From contig NZ_JBJEIO010000009.1 in assembly GCF_051877095.1 (NCBI RefSeq), positions 47,874 through 111,873 on the forward strand: a stretch of DNA of 64,000 nucleotides. The letters are read 5' to 3'. Made by a program: the position numbers and the translations under genes. The notes beneath the pieces were generated by a model. That model was not told where the DNA came from. It worked only from the letters and a program-made list of their open reading frames with translations, and did not search any database. Every line of letters starts with the position of its first letter. Within the stretch, counting starts at the first letter, position 1. Shown here piece by piece: positions 58,616 through 64,000 of this stretch. Origin of the DNA: Methanobrevibacter sp. Lineage in GTDB: Archaea > Methanobacteriota > Methanobacteria > Methanobacteriales > Methanobacteriaceae.

Positions 58616-59503
58616 TTATTCATTCTCTTCTTTTCTACTTAACATCATCATTGAAATGATGTTTAATATGAATCCACAAGACATTAAAAGTGTTGGAATT
58701 TCAGAGTAAAATATTAATCCGAATATTAGTGCGGCAATTGGTTCTACTCCAGATAACAATATTGAGACTATTCCTGAATCCACATAATCTAAACTTAGAG
58801 TTGAGAAAATGTAAGGAAGAGCAAATGGTAATGTTGAGTGCATTATTAAGAATATTATAACTAAAATTGGATTTATTGAAATGAAATTTGTAATTTGTTC
58901 AAAATTTGTAAATGGGAGCAATCCTATTGAAATAAATGTAATTGAGTAAAGGAGAATTGTAAAAGTATGATTTCCTTTTTTCATTGATTTTTTGGAAGCT
59001 ATTAAGTAAATTGCCCAAAAGATTCCTGAACCAATACCTGCGATGATTCCATAAACTGGAAGATTATTTAAATTTATTTCTAAAACTCCAGTCATTAATA
59101 TACATCCAAAAATAGCTAATGTCATACAAATTAATTTTTTACTTGTTATTTTTTCTTTAAATGCAAAATATGCTATTATAATGACATAAATTGGAGCAAG
59201 TGATAATAATACTGCGGCTAATGAAAGTGGAATATTTCCCATAGATTCATTATAACATAAATTAAGTCCTACAATGGATATTCCACAAACTAAAAATAGT
59301 GGGATGTCCCTTAAATCTATTTTAAATAAATTCTTATCGGTTAATAAAATGGCTATAATTATTGGAATGATTGCTATTGAAAATCTTAAAAAAAGAAGTG
59401 TTGTTGAATTAATTCCATTTGCCATTAATGTTCGAACAAATACTCCACCGGATCCAAACATTACTCCGGCAAGAATTGGTAAAATAAAATAGATTTTTTT
59501 CAT
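58616..59503 (-). CDS. DMT/EamA family transporter
   Basis: About 10 TM helices, two EamA repeats, SLAPIYV, GVEPIAA. Confidence 0.9.
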   Translation of the reverse strand: MKKIYFILPILAGVMFGSGGVFVRTLMANGINSTTLLFLRFSIAIIPIIIAILLTDKNLFKIDLRDIPLFLVCGISIVGLNLCYNESMGNIPLSLAAVLLSLAPIYVIIIAYFAFKEKITSKKLICMTLAIFGCILMTGVLEINLNNLPVYGIIAGIGSGIFWAIYLIASKKSMKKGNHTFTILLYSITFISIGLLPFTNFEQITNFISINPILVIIFLIMHSTLPFALPYIFSTLSLDYVDSGIVSILLSGVEPIAALIFGLIFYSEIPTLLMSCGFILNIISMMMLSRKEENE

Positions 59504-59614
59504 AAATTTTAATTGAATTTAGATATATAAAACTTTATCTAAAAACTAAAATTTTTTATAATACAATTTAAATATATATTAATTTAGATATAATTAATTT
59601 TATTCGGTGTATTC

Positions 59615-60646
59615 ATGTTTGATTCAATTTCTAAATATTCTTCGGGTATAATAGTTTGTTTGATTATCGCTATTCCCTCCTTATTTTTGGGGAATTTATT
59701 CCCAGTTATTGGAGGTCCAATTATTGCAATTGTATTAGGAATGCTGATTGCACTTGTATGGCATAATAAAGAGAAATGTGATGAAGGAATAAGTTTCACA
59801 TCTAAATATGTCTTGCAGGCTGCTGTTGTTCTTTTAGGATTTGGGTTGAACTTAAATGTAATTTTATTAACTGGAATCCAATCCCTTCCAATTATCATTG
59901 CAACAATTTCTGTTGCTTTGGTCGTTGCTTTCATTATGCAAAAAATCTTGAATATTGAAGAGAAATCTGCAATATTGATTGGTGTTGGTTCATCAATTTG
60001 TGGAGGATCAGCAATCGCTGCAACTGCACCTGTAATCAATGCAGATGAAGAGCAAGTTGCACAGTCAATTTCAGTAATCTTTTTCTTCAATGTTATTGCA
60101 GCAATTGTTTTCCCTTTTTTAGGAAAGATTATTGGATTTTCAACAGTCAATGCAGAACCTTTTGCACTGTTTGCAGGGACCGCAATTAATGATACCTCAT
60201 CTGTAACTGCAGCTGCTGCTACTTGGGATAATATGTGGGGACTTGGAAGTGAGACTCTTGATAAAGCAAGTACAGTTAAATTAACACGTACATTAGCAAT
60301 TATTCCAATTACTTTAGCATTATCTATTTTTACTTCAAAAAAAGAGGAGTATAAAGGTGGAGAGTTTTCATTAAGAAGAGCATTTCCAATGTTTATTTTA
60401 TATTTTGTAATAGCTTCAATTATTACAACAGTTGCTATAAGTTTTGGTGTAGATGCAAATGTATTTTTACCATTTAAAGAGTTAAGTAAATTCTTTATTA
60501 TATTAGCTATGGCAGCTATTGGTTTACATACTGATATTGTTAAATTAGTTAAATCTGGAACAAAACCAATAATTCTCGGAGCTACCTGTTGGATTGCAAT
60601 TATTATTGTAAGTATTGTACTTCAATTTGCTTTAGGAATAATTTAA
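59615..60646 (+). CDS. YeiH/UPF0324 putative sulfate exporter family
   Basis: GSSICGGSAIAAT, GTAINDTSSV, VKLTRTLAIIP, AMAAIGL. Confidence 0.93.
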   Translation: MFDSISKYSSGIIVCLIIAIPSLFLGNLFPVIGGPIIAIVLGMLIALVWHNKEKCDEGISFTSKYVLQAAVVLLGFGLNLNVILLTGIQSLPIIIATISVALVVAFIMQKILNIEEKSAILIGVGSSICGGSAIAATAPVINADEEQVAQSISVIFFFNVIAAIVFPFLGKIIGFSTVNAEPFALFAGTAINDTSSVTAAAATWDNMWGLGSETLDKASTVKLTRTLAIIPITLALSIFTSKKEEYKGGEFSLRRAFPMFILYFVIASIITTVAISFGVDANVFLPFKELSKFFIILAMAAIGLHTDIVKLVKSGTKPIILGATCWIAIIIVSIVLQFALGII

Positions 60647-60648
60647 AG

Positions 60649-61713
60649 TTATAAATAGGAATATATGTTCCATGAAACTGTATAATACTCACAGGAATTA
60701 TTTAATGGTATTTTTAAATCATTGAGTAATTCCATTTCATTATAACTGGAATCTACGTGGTAGGTTTCATTGTTTATTTTTTTAATTGGAATATCTCCAA
60801 AATCAACATTATCTGATATGCCCTCTATTTCTACAGTATAATAATCTGGTTCTGCACCTGCAAAAGCAACACTAAATCTTAAAGCTACTACAATAAGGAT
60901 TACTAAGATGGGTAATATTCTATTAAATATGTATCTTGCTTCACTTAATCCAATATTTCGATAGGGAGGTTGGATTGCTTCATTATCTTTTAATAATTTT
61001 TTATTTTTCATGATGGTTCCTACATGTAAGTTTAAGTAATAACCATTTCTATAAATAAGCCATAATCCTAGAATTCCAACAAGGGATGGTGTTGCCCAAA
61101 GCCCACCATCAAATAATCCAATAAGTAGACTACTTGAAAATAGTGCAACTAAAAAATTTGTAACCCAGGGTCTTTTTTGATTTGCTAAAACAAGGGTAAT
61201 GAATAATATTGGAATTATTAGAATTATCAAAAAACTAATACTTGGAATATATGAATATAAACCAACGGCAGTATTAATGTCACTTTGGATAAAAGGTCCA
61301 ATAATTTTAGTTAAAACTTCACCTAAAATGGATTTTAATAAGTGAGTATGTAGAATGCTTGTGGAAGTCATTGTGTTTGACATGGAGCAAAATACACTGT
61401 TAAGTTTGATTCCCATTTGTAATCTAAAAATAATTTCTAGGAGATTGCCTAAAATGAGTAAGATACATCCAAGAACTATTGATATTTTTAAATATTTTGT
61501 TACATCAACTTTTTTAGGTATTACTTGTGATAAAATTAAAAATAATCCTAAAAGACAAAATAACATAATGTCTTTTCCTTTTGAGGATCCCATTAAAATG
61601 ATATAGGTTATTGGTCGTATGATTGGATTTAATATGTCGGATACAAATATGAATCCTCCAAGTAATATGAATAGGAATCCAACTATGATAGTTTTATTAA
61701 GTTTCATTACCAA
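60649..61713 (-). CDS. Conserved hypothetical membrane protein
   Basis: 354-aa multi-TM ORF (GSSKGKD, HTHLLK, FDGGLW); function not recognised. Confidence 0.75.
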   Translation of the reverse strand: MVMKLNKTIIVGFLFILLGGFIFVSDILNPIIRPITYIILMGSSKGKDIMLFCLLGLFLILSQVIPKKVDVTKYLKISIVLGCILLILGNLLEIIFRLQMGIKLNSVFCSMSNTMTSTSILHTHLLKSILGEVLTKIIGPFIQSDINTAVGLYSYIPSISFLIILIIPILFITLVLANQKRPWVTNFLVALFSSSLLIGLFDGGLWATPSLVGILGLWLIYRNGYYLNLHVGTIMKNKKLLKDNEAIQPPYRNIGLSEARYIFNRILPILVILIVVALRFSVAFAGAEPDYYTVEIEGISDNVDFGDIPIKKINNETYHVDSSYNEMELLNDLKIPLNNSCEYYTVSWNIYSYL

Positions 61714-61747
61714 TAATTTAATATTAATACTTTAAATAAGTGATGTT

Positions 61748-62557
61748 ATGTTTACGGTTGGATATTTCATAGGTTTAATTTTAATCGGGATATGTGCGGG
61801 TTTTGCATCAGGACTTTTGGGAGTTGGTGGTGGTTTCTTAATAACTCCACTTCAATATTTCCTATTAAAATATATTGGTGTTGCACCTGATCTTGCTATT
61901 CTTATTTCTTTTGGGACAAGCCTTGCAATTATTATTCCAACATCAATTAGTGGTGCATATAGGCATACACAATCAATGGATAATATTTTAAAACCAGGGA
62001 TTCAATTGGGTGTTTTTGGAATAGTTGGTGGTTTTATAGGAGGATTGGTTGCAGTTGCACTTCCTGTAAAAGTATTAGAGATAATATTCGGTATTTTATT
62101 GTTGTTCATTACTTTCAATAATATTGTCAATATTAATAAAGAAAGGCAAAATGCTAAATTTTCATTCAACTGGGTGAATATAGGTATTATTGGATTGCTT
62201 GTTGGATTTTCATCTGGACTTTTAGGAGTTGGAGGAGGAGTATTTTTAATAGCTATTTTAACAGCATTTTTAGGATTTTCAATGATTGAAGCAATAGGAA
62301 CTTCTTCAATATTTATTAGCTTAACTGCAATTGGAGGATTTTTATCTTACATGATTTCTGGTTGGGGAGTAAGTACATTTCCATATTCAATAGGTTATAT
62401 AAGTATTATTAACTTAGTTTTGATTGGATGTTTTTCAGTACCTATGGCATCAATTGGTGCTAAAATGGCACATAAAGTTCCTCAAAAAAAGTTAAAAATA
62501 ATCTTTTCAATAGTAATTTTATACATGGCATTAAAGATGTTAGGAATATTACCTTAA
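61748..62557 (+). CDS. TauE/SafE sulfite exporter family
   Basis: Two repeats of GLLGVGGG; GTSLAIII. Confidence 0.93.
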   Translation: MFTVGYFIGLILIGICAGFASGLLGVGGGFLITPLQYFLLKYIGVAPDLAILISFGTSLAIIIPTSISGAYRHTQSMDNILKPGIQLGVFGIVGGFIGGLVAVALPVKVLEIIFGILLLFITFNNIVNINKERQNAKFSFNWVNIGIIGLLVGFSSGLLGVGGGVFLIAILTAFLGFSMIEAIGTSSIFISLTAIGGFLSYMISGWGVSTFPYSIGYISIINLVLIGCFSVPMASIGAKMAHKVPQKKLKIIFSIVILYMALKMLGILP

Positions 62558-62848
62558 GGTGATTTTATGTCTGATAATAGAAAAATTGGAGAAAATTTTG
62601 ATGCAGGTAAAGCAGAAGATATTTTTGATAAACTTAAAAACATAAAAGGCAAGGCAAAACCTAAAAAGGATAGTAAATTTAAGAATATTTCTTACGATAG
62701 AGAAATAAATAATTAATCTTCCTTGTTTTCGATATGTTGGGTTGTCTTTTTTAAAGTAAAACAAAAATGCTCCGAATACTAAACCTGCTATCGGAATCAT
62801 TAATGCTACGAGGTATCCAATAATTGATACAATCATTTCTTTATCCAT
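62549..62848 (-). CDS. Small membrane protein whose C-terminal ~47 aa look like read-through into antisense DNA
   Basis: First ~52 aa resemble a normal small membrane protein (MDKEMIVSIIGYLVAL...GRLIIYFSIV); the rest is the reverse complement of the plus-strand ORF at 62567. Confidence 0.55.
   Translation of the reverse strand: MDKEMIVSIIGYLVALMIPIAGLVFGAFLFYFKKDNPTYRKQGRLIIYFSIVRNILKFTILFRFCLAFYVFKFIKNIFCFTCIKIFSNFSIIRHKITLR
62567..62716 (+). pseudogene. Short ORF (49 aa), probably a 3'-truncated gene
   Basis: GGTGA RBS 62558-62562, ATG 62567: MSDNRKIGENFDAGKAEDIFDKLKNIKGKAKPKKDSKFKNISYDREINN; fully antisense to the 3' half of ORF 62549-62848. Confidence 0.5.
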
Positions 62849-62859
62849 ATGCTCACCTT

Positions 62860-63720
62860 TTATTTAATATACACTCCCATTCCCATTGCACTTATTTGGT
62901 AGCTGTCACCACCAAGTCCAATTAAGTTGTACTGAATATCTAAATTAATAACGCCATTTCCACCAGCAGCTTTTATTTTATTAGTTAATTCAATTAGACA
63001 TTCATCTTTTCCAGTTTTCAATATTCTTAATTTGTGGGTTTCTCGCTCTTTTAGATTTAAATCCAATAGTTCAGGTTCTTTTTCCAAAATTACGGTTGAT
63101 TGAAATTGACCTAAATTAATAATTTGCTTATCAGGAACATCGGTACTAGTTATAAAAATAAAATTTAAGCTATTAATTAATTGATTATTTCCAAGTTCAT
63201 CATAAGATCCAATAATTCTAGGTTTTTCTTCAACAAATGGTTTTTTGAGAATGTATTTGTATACTATACGTTTTATTTTGATATATATATTTGTTATTAC
63301 ATTTTTAACAAATCTTAAAATGTAAAAAACTGCTCCAATTAAGATAACAAGTAATATATAATTGATTAGTGTAGGAAAAGCAGCCTGTAATATTATAGTG
63401 CTTATTCCTAATGTGAGAAAATTTGGACCGAATGTAGGATTTACTAAAATAAAGCTGTAAAAGGTGGTAATTGCAAAAATAATAAATGCACTTATAGCAC
63501 CAGTGTCTGTATTAATCATTTTTCGTGCAAGCATTGTTTCAGCATATCCTGCAAGCAACGGTCCAAAGACTAATCCGAAATTCCAGCCAAAAACTTCTAT
63601 ATGTAAGTATAAGAATACTATATAAACTATGATACCTATTAAAGTACCAAAAGTTATGCATATGATTCTCTCTCGTAAGTTTTCAGGTTTTTTTGGTACT
63701 TTAAATTTCATTTTATTCAC
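62860..63720 (-). CDS. Membrane protein with C-terminal YbjQ-like domain (likely start 63711)
   Basis: About 4 TM helices then FITSTDVP...[15 protein letters not shown]...ISAMGMGV. Confidence 0.8.
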   Translation of the reverse strand: MNKMKFKVPKKPENLRERIICITFGTLIGIIVYIVFLYLHIEVFGWNFGLVFGPLLAGYAETMLARKMINTDTGAISAFIIFAITTFYSFILVNPTFGPNFLTLGISTIILQAAFPTLINYILLVILIGAVFYILRFVKNVITNIYIKIKRIVYKYILKKPFVEEKPRIIGSYDELGNNQLINSLNFIFITSTDVPDKQIINLGQFQSTVILEKEPELLDLNLKERETHKLRILKTGKDECLIELTNKIKAAGGNGVINLDIQYNLIGLGGDSYQISAMGMGVYIK

Positions 63721-64000
63721 ATTTTACAGCAGTGCCATAAGCGGTTACAAGAATTGTATTTCCCATTGTACCACCGAGATTATCGTAAGATATTTTAAGT
63801 CCAATTATGGCATTTGCACCTAAATTTTCAGCTTTTTCTTCCATACTTTTAAGAGCAATATCCCTTGCTTTTTTTAATTCTTCTTCATATTTTGAAGTTC
63901 TTCCACCTACAACGTCACGAACACCTGAAAATAAGTCTTTATAAATATTTGCTCCAATGAGAGATTCGCCAGTAACTAATCCTTTATATTCGACTACTTT
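63713..64000 (-). CDS. YbjQ/UPF0145 family protein (5' end outside the window)
   Basis: ...[50 protein letters not shown]...LGANAIIG...YGTAVKCE*. Confidence 0.92.
   Translation of the reverse strand, partial: KVVEYKGLVTGESLIGANIYKDLFSGVRDVVGGRTSKYEEELKKARDIALKSMEEKAENLGANAIIGLKISYDNLGGTMGNTILVTAYGTAVKCE

Noticed and set aside
59584-60150. 188-aa minus-strand ORF
   Set aside because: Antisense shadow of the YeiH gene.

Overview
Very AT-rich archaeal DNA from a Methanobrevibacter-like member of the Methanobacteriales (GGTGA/GGAGG ribosome-binding sites, A1A0 ATP synthase, tiaS, TFB, Gar1, archaeal DnaG). The window has two parts. (1) 1 to ~17.65 kb is the right-hand portion of an integrated mobile element that has cut the 5' end off a tadC/T2SSF pilus-assembly gene. 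It carries a replication module (AEP primase-polymerase fused to a CHC2 zinc finger but frameshifted at ~823, plus an AAA+/wHTH helicase-like protein), a catalytically degenerate tyrosine-recombinase-like fusion protein, a non-coding region with repeated ACACTTGAA sites and a lox-like 11-8-11 palindrome, two gene remnants (DUF1802-like, GIY-YIG-like), and intact-looking defence cargo: type I restriction-modification (hsdMSR), a PD-(D/E)xK + DUF2075 nuclease-helicase, a stand-alone SRA-like domain and a GGCT-fold + HEPN (RNNVVH) fusion, the best candidate here for an undescribed system. (2) ~17.65 to 64 kb is mostly core chromosome: pilin, BASS transporter, two TMEM175 channels, cofA, nadX-thg1-JAB, serA, tiaS, a DUF3100/PrpD/U32-like/fumarase-alpha/citryl-CoA-lyase-like cluster, atpHIKECFABD, tRNA-Gln(UUG), bioY, dnaG, gar1, tfb, a two-domain glycosyltransferase, exporters and YbjQ proteins. 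No CRISPR array, rRNA or virion genes were seen. All family assignments are by motif recognition, not database search.
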